Of a stretch of DNA of 32,000 nt, positions 25,247 through 32,000 are shown piece by piece. The notes beneath the pieces are model-generated. The model searched no databases. It was not told where the DNA came from and worked only from the letters and a program-made list of their open reading frames with translations. The translations under genes and the position numbers were made by a program. The DNA comes from Lysobacteraceae bacterium (lineage in GTDB: Bacteria; Bdellovibrionota; UBA1018; JAGTJX01), in contig JAGTJX010000003.1 in the NCBI GenBank assembly GCA_023657465.1, forward strand, positions 39,436 through 71,435, read 5' to 3'. Positions within the stretch are counted from its first letter, which is position 1. Each line of letters opens with the position of its first letter.

Positions 25247-26433
25247 TTTTGATCTCTCCCAGGTTCAGCAAATATTTTTCTTCTTGCACTTTGCTCGACA
25301 CCGATCATCCAGTTTGTACAGGCGTGAGGGTTTTTTTCCATCGATTTTATGACGAAGGAAGATGCGTCTCTGAGACTCATCCCAAGTGATAGCTCGAAAA
25401 CTCTAAGCATGTCATCTGTTCTTTCGATTCTGTTCGGCCAGAAGACACTGACTCGGGACATTTTCTCAGTTTGTATGAGAGGACTATCATCCCAACTCTT
25501 GGGATTAGGATTTGCAAATACTTCGGGCTCAACTGCATTCACTAGAATGGGAATGACTCTCTGGCTACCCACTCCTGTATTTGAGAGTTTTTCAAAAAGT
25601 TCAGAAAGATCTTTGATGTGTTTTCTAGAGTTTTCGAACATCACTAAGAAATGAGGTGTTTTATGATTGTTCATCATCCTCTCAGAGAGATCATAATAGA
25701 GCTTAGAGAGATAATCTTTTTTGGATTCGTTGAATTCTAAAAATTTTGGATTTGTGAGATTGACGCTTGCGTTTAACTTCCAGTCTCTTTTCCCTAGTTT
25801 TAACTCGTCTCTAATGAGTTCAAGGGTAGCTTTGAGTTCTTCAGGTTCATGACCACGCATCGTGAGACCAGCTCCTACCAAGTGGTTTTCAAATTGCCTG
25901 CTAAACACGGCTGCAAAGTAAGCATAGCTTTCGAGTAAAAATTTGCCTTTTGTTTCTAGAGCTTCTGCAACAGCTTTATACATTGGCCCCTTCTTAGGGT
26001 CTTTGGTTCTCGTACGGAATTCTTCATAGCTGAACTCAGGATCAAGATAGTAGAATGCAGGAACGATTTTCTGGCCATCGCTCAGAGTGACTTCATCTTG
26101 CCCCATTCCAATTATAAATTTTCCATTCTCATCACGTCTGCCATGCATGAGCTTGGAACCAATTCTTGGACCAACGTTTCCTTCGTAGTCTTGAACTGGA
26201 ACGCAGATCTCCTCAGGAAGGCCTGAGATATTCGGGAACATTGCAGATTCAATTTGCTTGGCGCGTTTTAACCGGAAACATCCGATGTTCAGAAATAGAG
26301 TTCCGTCTATATCAAAAACAAAAACTGTACGCTGTTTGGGATCAATTATATTTTGTTCTTTGTCTTGCGCGTACACGGGTATCCCAGATGATATGAGGAG
26401 GCAGAGGAGTAGTGCGACTTTGAGTACCATCAT
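25243..26433 (-). CDS. Secreted HAD-superfamily-like hydrolase (tentative)
   Basis: Signal peptide MMVLKVALLLCLLISSGIPVYA/QD. HAD motif I VFVFDIDGTLF at res 37-47. A possible degenerate motif IV is FLVMFENSRKHI. ATGA overlap with the downstream 689-aa gene. Confidence 0.5.
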   Translation of the reverse strand: MMVLKVALLLCLLISSGIPVYAQDKEQNIIDPKQRTVFVFDIDGTLFLNIGCFRLKRAKQIESAMFPNISGLPEEICVPVQDYEGNVGPRIGSKLMHGRRDENGKFIIGMGQDEVTLSDGQKIVPAFYYLDPEFSYEEFRTRTKDPKKGPMYKAVAEALETKGKFLLESYAYFAAVFSRQFENHLVGAGLTMRGHEPEELKATLELIRDELKLGKRDWKLNASVNLTNPKFLEFNESKKDYLSKLYYDLSERMMNNHKTPHFLVMFENSRKHIKDLSELFEKLSNTGVGSQRVIPILVNAVEPEVFANPNPKSWDDSPLIQTEKMSRVSVFWPNRIERTDDMLRVFELSLGMSLRDASSFVIKSMEKNPHACTNWMIGVEQSARRKIFAEPGRDQK

Positions 26434-26486
26434 GACCTCTTCGGTACTGGATCAAATTACATTTAGTGACATTTTATTGACGAGTT

Positions 26487-27725
26487 GTGGTTAGTCCTAA
26501 TTGCTGTCAAGCTCTATCAATCATCAATCAGCACTATTTGCGGCCACAATCTGATTCTACTTCTCTGATATCTAAGCTCTGGGACTTCTGGCTATTAGGT
26601 GGTGCAAGCATTGTTTTTTGGGTGTTTATGATAACCCTTAAGCAACTCAAGGAATTTTCAGAACCATTGGAGAAACACTTCGTAGGTCTTGCTCCTGTTT
26701 TTGCCCTCTTACTGGTTTTCTGTAATTACCCGCACTTCATGATGTCCTATAAGTTTGCTTACGGGCAGGGGACGAAGTTTGTTTGGAAGAACTGGATCAG
26801 TCTCGTTGCTGTTCCTGTACTCCTGGCTGCGAGTTTTGGATTGGCATTCTTCCTATTCGAAACAGAGATCGATGCGTTTCAGTCTGTTGGGTTCATCAAT
26901 CTAGTCACAGATAAGGTGGGCTTGGACTTTCGTCTAGGTTCGCTGAAGAACTTAGGTACAGAGATACTCAGTTTCTCAGTGCTTCTCATGTTTCTTCTCG
27001 TGGGATGGCATTACTCCAAGCAAGTCTTCGGTTGTGTGATTCTCTACTCTCGCTATGAGAAGTATCCTCTCTCTCAGTTGCAAAGAAATTTAATCAAGTG
27101 GAGTTTGCTTTCTGTTGCTGTGTTTAATTTTCTTTATCTTTCAATCTATTCTCCTCAGTACAATTCTACTTCTGTTCCTAAGACTTATTTTCTGAATATT
27201 CCTTCTGTGCCTCTGGGATTACCAGGATGGTTTATTCCACTCAGTGAATTGATCGTTGGAGTACTCACAGTTGCAAGTGCTTACTTGATTTTCTATAGGA
27301 ACTACAAAAATAAAAAAATATTACCTAGCCTTAATCTCATCACGCCTTGGATCGCGTTTTATATCTGGTGGATTCCGGTTTCAAGTTTAGGTGAGTATTA
27401 TTTTCTTGCTGTGCCATTCTTCCATTCACTTCAGTATTTGGCTTTTGCATACAGAAGAGATGTTTCGCGTGCTCAGAATATGAAGAAGTTCAATTTTACT
27501 ATGTCAGTGAGAGTCGTGCTGCTTCTGTTTATGGGGCTTATAACGTTTGAGCTTCTACCTAGTTTCTTAGATTCCTACTCCGAGAGTTACTGGAATTTTA
27601 GGACGTGGTTCTTCATGATTTCGATTCCGGTATTCATTAATATTCATCATTACTTCATAGATAGTGTGACGTGGAAGTTTGAATCCAAAGAGGTGAGTGA
27701 GAGTTTATTAAAAAATTGGAGGTGA
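26487..27725 (+). CDS. Polytopic membrane protein of unknown function (start uncertain)
   Basis: About 10 hydrophobic segments. Histidine-containing motifs PFFHSLQYLAFAYRR and NIHHYFIDSVTWKF. No family recognised. Only 53 bp separate it from the divergent gene, so the start may be further downstream. Confidence 0.7.
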   Translation: MVSPNCCQALSIINQHYLRPQSDSTSLISKLWDFWLLGGASIVFWVFMITLKQLKEFSEPLEKHFVGLAPVFALLLVFCNYPHFMMSYKFAYGQGTKFVWKNWISLVAVPVLLAASFGLAFFLFETEIDAFQSVGFINLVTDKVGLDFRLGSLKNLGTEILSFSVLLMFLLVGWHYSKQVFGCVILYSRYEKYPLSQLQRNLIKWSLLSVAVFNFLYLSIYSPQYNSTSVPKTYFLNIPSVPLGLPGWFIPLSELIVGVLTVASAYLIFYRNYKNKKILPSLNLITPWIAFYIWWIPVSSLGEYYFLAVPFFHSLQYLAFAYRRDVSRAQNMKKFNFTMSVRVVLLLFMGLITFELLPSFLDSYSESYWNFRTWFFMISIPVFINIHHYFIDSVTWKFESKEVSESLLKNWR

Positions 27726-27792
27726 CGCCCGGACTCGAACCGGGAGATAACGGTTTTGCAAACCGTTCCCTTAGCCATTTGGGTACGTCACC
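27717..27792 (-). tRNA. tRNA-Cys (GCA), CCA encoded
   Basis: Minus strand reads GGTGACG-TA-CCCA-AATGGCTA-AGGG-A-ACGGT-TTGCAAA-ACCGT-TATCT-CCCGG-TTCGAGT-CCGGG-CGTCACC-T-CCA. This is a full 76-nt cloverleaf with anticodon GCA, discriminator U73 and an A13:A22 mismatch, as is typical of tRNA-Cys. Confidence 0.93.
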
Positions 27793-27927
27793 CCACAATA
27801 AAGACAAAACTAATCCTTAACGCTACGCATTGTCAATAAATCAAGCCATTGTGACGATGGGCTGCTCTTGGGATCGTGGGACTGATCGCATTCATCATTG
27901 GTTTACTCATTGGAAATCGTAAATAAA

Positions 27928-28311
27928 ATGGAAAAGCAGGATCTCAAGCCTCTTTTTGTTTTGGTCAGGCTATTCTTCGTACGAGAGAGTTCGCGCCGTC
28001 TTCAAAGCAAGGGGATTCTGTTTTATTTGAAGGCATTAAGAGCATTACGTGGTGGCGTTCAAGGCTCACTCATCGTGTTTCACTTCTTGCAGACTATTAT
28101 GCTTTCGTTTTTGTGTGCAGTCACTGCAGAAGTATTCCTTGCAGTGGAGGATCAACACACACGCTTACTCATGCTGCTTGGTTTTTTTAGTTTTCTTTTT
28201 GTGATCCCATTCATTGGAGTCGCAGCACTCTTCTCAGAAAAGCTTTGGTACAGAGCTAGCGGAGCAGAGAAGATGGTTGAAGAATTCACCCTCTCGAAAT
28301 CTACTCACTAA
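27928..28311 (+). CDS. Small membrane protein, unknown function
   Basis: The ATG at 27928 (MEKQDLKPLF...) is preferred over the TTG at 27898. There are two or three hydrophobic segments. The stop overlaps the convergent queE stop. Confidence 0.55.
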   Translation: MEKQDLKPLFVLVRLFFVRESSRRLQSKGILFYLKALRALRGGVQGSLIVFHFLQTIMLSFLCAVTAEVFLAVEDQHTRLLMLLGFFSFLFVIPFIGVAALFSEKLWYRASGAEKMVEEFTLSKSTH

Positions 28312-28985
28312 ACCCCTGTGACGTCAGAGCCCCAAATTGCTTTATGAAGCTGGGTCTGAAGTCTTACAGACAACTTATCTTCAATGATCTTCTCAGCTAA
28401 CCACTTGAGCTCTACTCCCGGGAATTTTCCAGGCGCCATCTTTGCAGGCTGTACAGGGGAGAAGAGTGTGAGAAGCGAATTTGGATAATCAGTTGAACTG
28501 ATCACGTCACGCGCCCAGAAGTAATCATTCTGAGAGGCAATGACGAATTTGATTTCGTCTGAAGGTTTGAGAAATTTAAAATTATTCACGAATTCACCAC
28601 GAGACATCGCACTTGATGGAGTCTTGATATCCATAATGACTCTTGCGAAGGGTGCAATAGCTTCTATTGAGACTTCACCGTGAGTTTCGATGCTAACGGC
28701 ATAGCCTTGGCTTACAAGTGCACGTGCAAGCTCTTTGGTATTGCGCTGAAGGAGTGGCTCTCCACCCGTGAGGAGTACGTGCTTCGTTTCATGAGGCTTG
28801 ACCGTATCAAGGATCTCTGGAATCGACATGCGTTTTCCACCATGAAACGCATAAGCCGAATCACAGTAAGTGCATCTGAGATTGCATCCTGTGAGTCTAA
28901 TAAAACTGAAGCGTTCCCCAGTAAGCGAAGTCTCACCTTGTAGGGAGTGGAAGATTTCAGTGATTTGGAGATCAGGAAACGCCAT
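28308..28985 (-). CDS. queE: 7-carboxy-7-deazaguanine synthase QueE (radical SAM)
   Basis: EIFHSLQGETSLTGERFSFIRLTGCNLRCTYCDS contains the QueE N-terminal motif plus the CxxxCxxC radical-SAM cluster. Length 225 aa. Confidence 0.92.
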   Translation of the reverse strand: MAFPDLQITEIFHSLQGETSLTGERFSFIRLTGCNLRCTYCDSAYAFHGGKRMSIPEILDTVKPHETKHVLLTGGEPLLQRNTKELARALVSQGYAVSIETHGEVSIEAIAPFARVIMDIKTPSSAMSRGEFVNNFKFLKPSDEIKFVIASQNDYFWARDVISSTDYPNSLLTLFSPVQPAKMAPGKFPGVELKWLAEKIIEDKLSVRLQTQLHKAIWGSDVTGV

Positions 28986-29013
28986 TGCTGTGTCATAACA
29001 TTAGTCTTAAAAG

Positions 29014-29030
29014 TTGCACAGTTTGTGCAA
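29014..29030. promoter_or_regulatory. Palindromic operator-like site TTGCAC-N5-GTGCAA (copy 1)
   Basis: TTGCACAGTTTGTGCAA is a perfect 7+3+7 palindrome, 29-45 bp upstream of the queE ATG. Confidence 0.5.
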
Positions 29031-29063
29031 GAAAATGATTTTTTTGAGTCGAACTGAACATTT

Positions 29064-29082
29064 CTTGCACAAAACGTGCAAG
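29064..29082. promoter_or_regulatory. Palindromic operator-like site (C)TTGCAC-N5-GTGCAA(G) (copy 2)
   Basis: CTTGCACAAAACGTGCAAG is a perfect 7+5+7 palindrome. It has the same half-sites as copy 1, with centres 51 bp apart. Confidence 0.5.
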
Positions 29083-29105
29083 ATTTTTAAGTTTATCTAT
29101 CACCC

Positions 29106-29150
29106 AAAAATGGTGAAGGCGGGAAACCCATCCAGAGATTCCCGCCTTCT
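29106..29150 (-). terminator. Intrinsic terminator / expression-platform hairpin of the riboswitch transcript
   Basis: On the minus strand, GAAGGCGGGAA (29149-29139) pairs perfectly over 11 bp with TTCCCGCCTTC (29125-29115). A 13-nt loop separates them, and ACCATTTTT follows. Confidence 0.7.
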
Positions 29151-29206
29151 TGAGATTGAAGAGGTCGCGCACCGAAGTACGGACCCGCCTTTGAACTTTT
29201 TGTCTT

Positions 29207-29308
29207 CCTTTGGCAACCCGGCTGACATGAAGTGGTAGGGGTAGACCACCTTTTAGTCCCGTTGGCTTTGCGTGCACAGGCTTTCACCTGGCTTGCCTTT
29301 TTCAAAGG
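29207..29308 (-). promoter_or_regulatory. c-di-GMP-I (GEMM-I) riboswitch aptamer
   Basis: Minus strand reads CCUUUGAAAAAGGCAAGCCAGGUGAAAGCCUGUGCACGCAAAGCCAACGGGACUAAAAGGUGGUCUACCCCUACCACUUCAUGUCAGCCGGGUUGCCAAAGG. P1 is CCUUUG/CAAAGG. It has the GGCAAxCC + GAAA-tetraloop hairpin, the invariant ACGCAAAGCC, CUAAA plus a second hairpin (GGUGGU/ACCACU), and the 3' block CAGCCGGGUUGCC. These occur in the same order as in the Vibrio Vc2 aptamer as I recall it. Confidence 0.8.
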
Positions 29309-29394
29309 GGTAGAATCAATCCTGATTCTGCCTCTCCAGACGTCCCCCGACCGTGGGAAACGTAATCTTTTTGCAAATCTTTCCTTAACTAATG

Positions 29395-29423
29395 ATTTTA
29401 TGCCTAACGCATAGCGGTGTCAA
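29395..29423 (-). promoter_or_regulatory. Near-consensus sigma70 promoter driving the riboswitch RNA
   Basis: On the minus strand, TTGACA (29423-29418), then a 17-nt spacer, then TAAAAT (29400-29395). The predicted TSS is about 29388, 80 nt upstream of the aptamer. Confidence 0.55.
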
Positions 29424-29487
29424 ATGACGTGCAAATCCTTGATTTTCTTAGAAATTTGGAACGATCTTAGGTATTCTTTTAAGCAAC

Positions 29488-30528
29488 GTGTCTAACCTGT
29501 CGATATTATTATCTATTTTAGGTGCTTTAGCGGATCAGTCGCCGCAACTTGGTGTAGATATTCATGATTATCATTTGAAGTCGACAGCGGGAATCACTAT
29601 CCTTAATCATTACGGAGCAATCGAGGTTCAGGGATGGTCATTAGATAAAGTACGCGTGGAAGTGAAGAAGTCTACGAATGGGAATCTCAGTTTTGAGGTC
29701 GATCAATCTGAAAACAAGTTCGAGATTAGAACGACCGCAGGCAAAAACCAGTTTCTAGCTGAAAAAATCAAAACCAGATCCAAGCTCCCTGAAGGTGGAA
29801 TCGATCTCTTAGTGCGAGCACCTGCTCACGTGCCGCTCACCCTTCTTTCTAAGAATTCTAAAATCGTTTTAAAAGGTTGGGGTGCACTCACAGAGATTAG
29901 CGCTAGTCATGGTGATATCAAGATTGAGAACATCACATCTCCTGTGACGAGAATCGCTTGCCCAGATTGCAAAATCCGCATCGGAGATGCCAAGGGAACC
30001 ATTAAAATTTCAGGTGGCAAAGGAAACATTGATCTCAAGCAAATCGAATCGCAGGATCTCTTCATAGAATCCACCTCAGGAATAGTGAATCTAGAGCAAG
30101 TCTCTGGATCTGGAATTCTCGTCACTGACTCAGGCCAAATGAGAGCCAAGAAACTTGAAGGTCAGTACGCGTTCAAATCCAGATCTGCAGAAGTGCTGCT
30201 CACAGAAACCAAAGGTTCTATTCATGGTGAGTCTCGCTCTGGCAATATTCATATTGAAGTGAAGGAGTGGACTTCATTAGATAAACAACTCATCAGCAGT
30301 GAGGAAGGTTCCATTCACGTCTCACTTCCTCCTAGTTTTTCAGGAGAAATAGAAGCGGTTTCTCAAATGGGGAAACTCAATATGGACTTTCCACTCACGA
30401 AAACAGTTGCAAAGAAAATCTATGGACCTGAACCCATGAATCACTACATGGGTAAAGCGGGTCGTGGTGGAGAGCTTTTAAGTATCCAATCGACTAAAGG
30501 GAATATATGGCTGCTTCAAGCAATCTAA
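29488..30528 (+). CDS. DUF4097-like repetitive beta-strand ('toast-rack'/putative adhesin) protein
   Basis: Repeated ~20-aa units carry (S/H)G(D/N/S)I..... patterns: HGDIKIENI, KGTIKISGGKGNIDLK, TSGIVNLEQVSGSGILV, SRSGNIHIEV, EGSIHVSL, TKGNIWL. GTG start with a hydrophobic N-terminus. Confidence 0.7.
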   Translation: MSNLSILLSILGALADQSPQLGVDIHDYHLKSTAGITILNHYGAIEVQGWSLDKVRVEVKKSTNGNLSFEVDQSENKFEIRTTAGKNQFLAEKIKTRSKLPEGGIDLLVRAPAHVPLTLLSKNSKIVLKGWGALTEISASHGDIKIENITSPVTRIACPDCKIRIGDAKGTIKISGGKGNIDLKQIESQDLFIESTSGIVNLEQVSGSGILVTDSGQMRAKKLEGQYAFKSRSAEVLLTETKGSIHGESRSGNIHIEVKEWTSLDKQLISSEEGSIHVSLPPSFSGEIEAVSQMGKLNMDFPLTKTVAKKIYGPEPMNHYMGKAGRGGELLSIQSTKGNIWLLQAI

Positions 30529-31475
30529 AATCCCCTCGTAGAGCTTTAGTACTCAGACTCAGTAGCTTGGGAGATATCGTTCTTACGACTTCGGCTTTAG
30601 AAGTATTAAATTCTCAGTACGATGAAGTTCACTACTTAACAGAAGCACAATATGCACCTTGGTTAAAAGGACATCCAGGGATCGTACGTGTATGGGAATA
30701 TTCTAAGTCTTCTGGATTCAATGGGTGGCAGAATATCGGTCGTGAACTAGCTGCGATCGAATGGGACGCGGTTTATGATTTGCATCTGAGTCTTCGTACC
30801 CGAATCGCGCGTAGGATTTGGGGATTGAAAACGAACCATTGGGTGAGCCTTCCTAAGCCTTATTTCAGACGCTTAGGATTATTCAGTCTCAAGAAGTTTT
30901 GGCCTAAGAGTCTGAGTCCCGCAAGCTACCGTGAACTTTTTGCTGTCACTTGTGGTGGGAGTGGACGAGAGAAAACTAGCTTAAAGCATCTCCTATCTCA
31001 GCCTGTTCCCGCAACTCGGTTTGCTATTGGCGTCATGCCTTCCTCTCGATGGAGCGGAAAAGAACCTCCCGTTGAGCTGATCGTGAAGTGGTTGAAAGAA
31101 AACCATTCAGGCAAAACAATTCTCGTGTTTGGCTCTGACAAGGATTTGAAATCTCATCAATTGGTGAAGGCTTTAGAAAAAACAAAAATCCCTGTCGTCT
31201 CCAAAATTGGTGTTGCGATGAATGACCTCATCTCTTCAATCGCTACTTGTGAGCGAGTCGCTGGTGCAGACACAGGACTCATTCACGTCGCTGAGAGTAT
31301 CGGAATTCCAGTTCATGTTTGGTATGGACCAACTGCGCCAGGTCTTGGATTCGCACCTTCACTTGAGACCAGTACTTACTCTCAGTCTAGCGTGGTCTGT
31401 TCTCCCTGCTCCAAAGACGGTCGTCATTGTCAGAGAGTTTGGCAATCCTATCAGTGCTGGGTGGAGCGTTTATGA
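30507..31475 (+). CDS. Glycosyltransferase family 9 (LPS heptosyltransferase-like)
   Basis: N-terminus RALVLRLSSLGDIVLTTSAL and C-terminal block GADTGLIHVAESIGIPV are GT9 hallmarks. Confidence 0.85.
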   Translation: MAASSNLKSPRRALVLRLSSLGDIVLTTSALEVLNSQYDEVHYLTEAQYAPWLKGHPGIVRVWEYSKSSGFNGWQNIGRELAAIEWDAVYDLHLSLRTRIARRIWGLKTNHWVSLPKPYFRRLGLFSLKKFWPKSLSPASYRELFAVTCGGSGREKTSLKHLLSQPVPATRFAIGVMPSSRWSGKEPPVELIVKWLKENHSGKTILVFGSDKDLKSHQLVKALEKTKIPVVSKIGVAMNDLISSIATCERVAGADTGLIHVAESIGIPVHVWYGPTAPGLGFAPSLETSTYSQSSVVCSPCSKDGRHCQRVWQSYQCWVERL

Positions 31476-32000
31476 CTCCTAAGACTCAGTGGTATCGGAG
31501 TATGGTGTCTAGGATTCCCATTCCTGATCGATACGCCTTTCCTTTCTCTCATCCTTATGGCGCTGCAACAAAGATTCGTGTCTGGGTTCATGGCGCAAGC
31601 GCTGGAGAATGGGAGACTTTGATTCCTATTGTAGAACGAATGTCAGATGGATCGATCGAATGGATCATGACCACATTCAGTCGTTCAGGGCTGAGCTCTG
31701 TTCAGAAGTTCTCAAACGAACTCGCAGGTAAGAATGAATCAGTCATCTATGCGGGACTCTCTCCTAGAGAAGGTGATTGGTTGAAGGCGCTCACTCTCAT
31801 GAAGCCCAAGTTCTGTATGACAGCTAAGTATGAAGCCTGGCCAGAATGGTGGATGAGCCTCAATGAGCTTTCGATTCCACTCGTGATCATTCAGACACAG
31901 TGGCGATCATCACTTGCTACTGCTAAGGGTGTGCTGACCACTTTCCTATGTCCACTTCCTAAACTCTATCTCAATACTCCAATGGGTAAGGATACTGAGA
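31472..32000 (+). CDS. waaA: 3-deoxy-D-manno-octulosonic acid transferase WaaA/KdtA (3' end outside window)
   Basis: Open frame from the ATG at 31472 (ATGA overlap with the GT9 gene) to the window end. It contains VWVHGASAGEWETLIPIVE and AKYEAWPEWWMSLNELSIPLVII, which resemble the KdtA N-terminal domain. It is absent from the ORF track because it has no stop within the window. Confidence 0.8.
   Translation, partial: MTPKTQWYRSMVSRIPIPDRYAFPFSHPYGAATKIRVWVHGASAGEWETLIPIVERMSDGSIEWIMTTFSRSGLSSVQKFSNELAGKNESVIYAGLSPREGDWLKALTLMKPKFCMTAKYEAWPEWWMSLNELSIPLVIIQTQWRSSLATAKGVLTTFLCPLPKLYLNTPMGKDTE

Noticed and set aside
29105-29150. tmRNA/tRNA-like 3' end (…GGGUUUCCCGCCUUCACCA on the minus strand)
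   Set aside because: There is no T-loop (GTTCRANYC). The would-be acceptor partner GAAGGCG sits only 13 nt upstream, so this is a simple hairpin. No resume codon or tag ORF is present.
29207-29308. Cobalamin riboswitch (because of CCAGGUGAAAGCCUG) or SRP RNA (GUCAGCCGGG...AAGGAAGAC)
   Set aside because: There is no B12 box (GCCACUG / AGxCAGGAGACCUGCC) and no SRP domain-IV GGAA-loop symmetric motif. The block order fits GEMM-I much better.
28993-29414. Four overlapping 60-94-aa ORFs in the track (28993-29277 -, 29093-29305 -, 29014-29238 +, 29232-29414 +)
   Set aside because: They overlap each other on both strands, lack SD sequences and have odd composition (Arg/Lys/Gly-rich). The same DNA is fully explained by a promoter, a GEMM-I aptamer, a terminator and operator palindromes.

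Overview
Mostly core chromosome, about 45-50% GC. Gene content and synteny look delta-proteobacterial or Bdellovibrio-like; this is an inference from rpsP-trmD-(SPOUT)-rplS-rnhB-yraN, many signal-peptide proteins and a GEMM-I riboswitch. Left to right: pstC(partial)-pstA-pstB fused to a phoB/phoR-like two-component pair. Then a minus-strand operon (small ORF, cNMP-binding protein, AI-2E transporter, metG, unknown 397-aa protein). Then rpsP-trmD-SPOUT-like gene ... rplS ... rnhB ... yraN, interrupted by lineage-specific secreted-protein genes. Then a STAS protein, rsmI, accD, lptD, surE, an M23 lipoprotein, an MgtC-family protein and an IHF-beta-like gene preceded by a 363-bp palindromic element. 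Then a divergent UppP-like gene, an AT-rich block (about 23.2-27.7 kb) with a coupled pair of secreted HAD-like and metallophosphoesterase-like proteins plus a polytopic membrane protein, ending at tRNA-Cys. Finally queE, a DUF4097-like protein, a GT9 heptosyltransferase and waaA (partial). The most interesting signal lies in the 500-bp 'empty' region 28986-29487, which the ORF track fills with four spurious ORFs. On the minus strand this region holds a self-contained unit: a near-consensus sigma70 promoter, a c-di-GMP-I (GEMM-I) riboswitch aptamer and an intrinsic terminator. Two identical-half-site palindromic operators follow, in front of queE. No CRISPR array, transposase, integrase or recognisable defence system was seen. 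All protein calls rest on motif recognition by eye; no searches were run.
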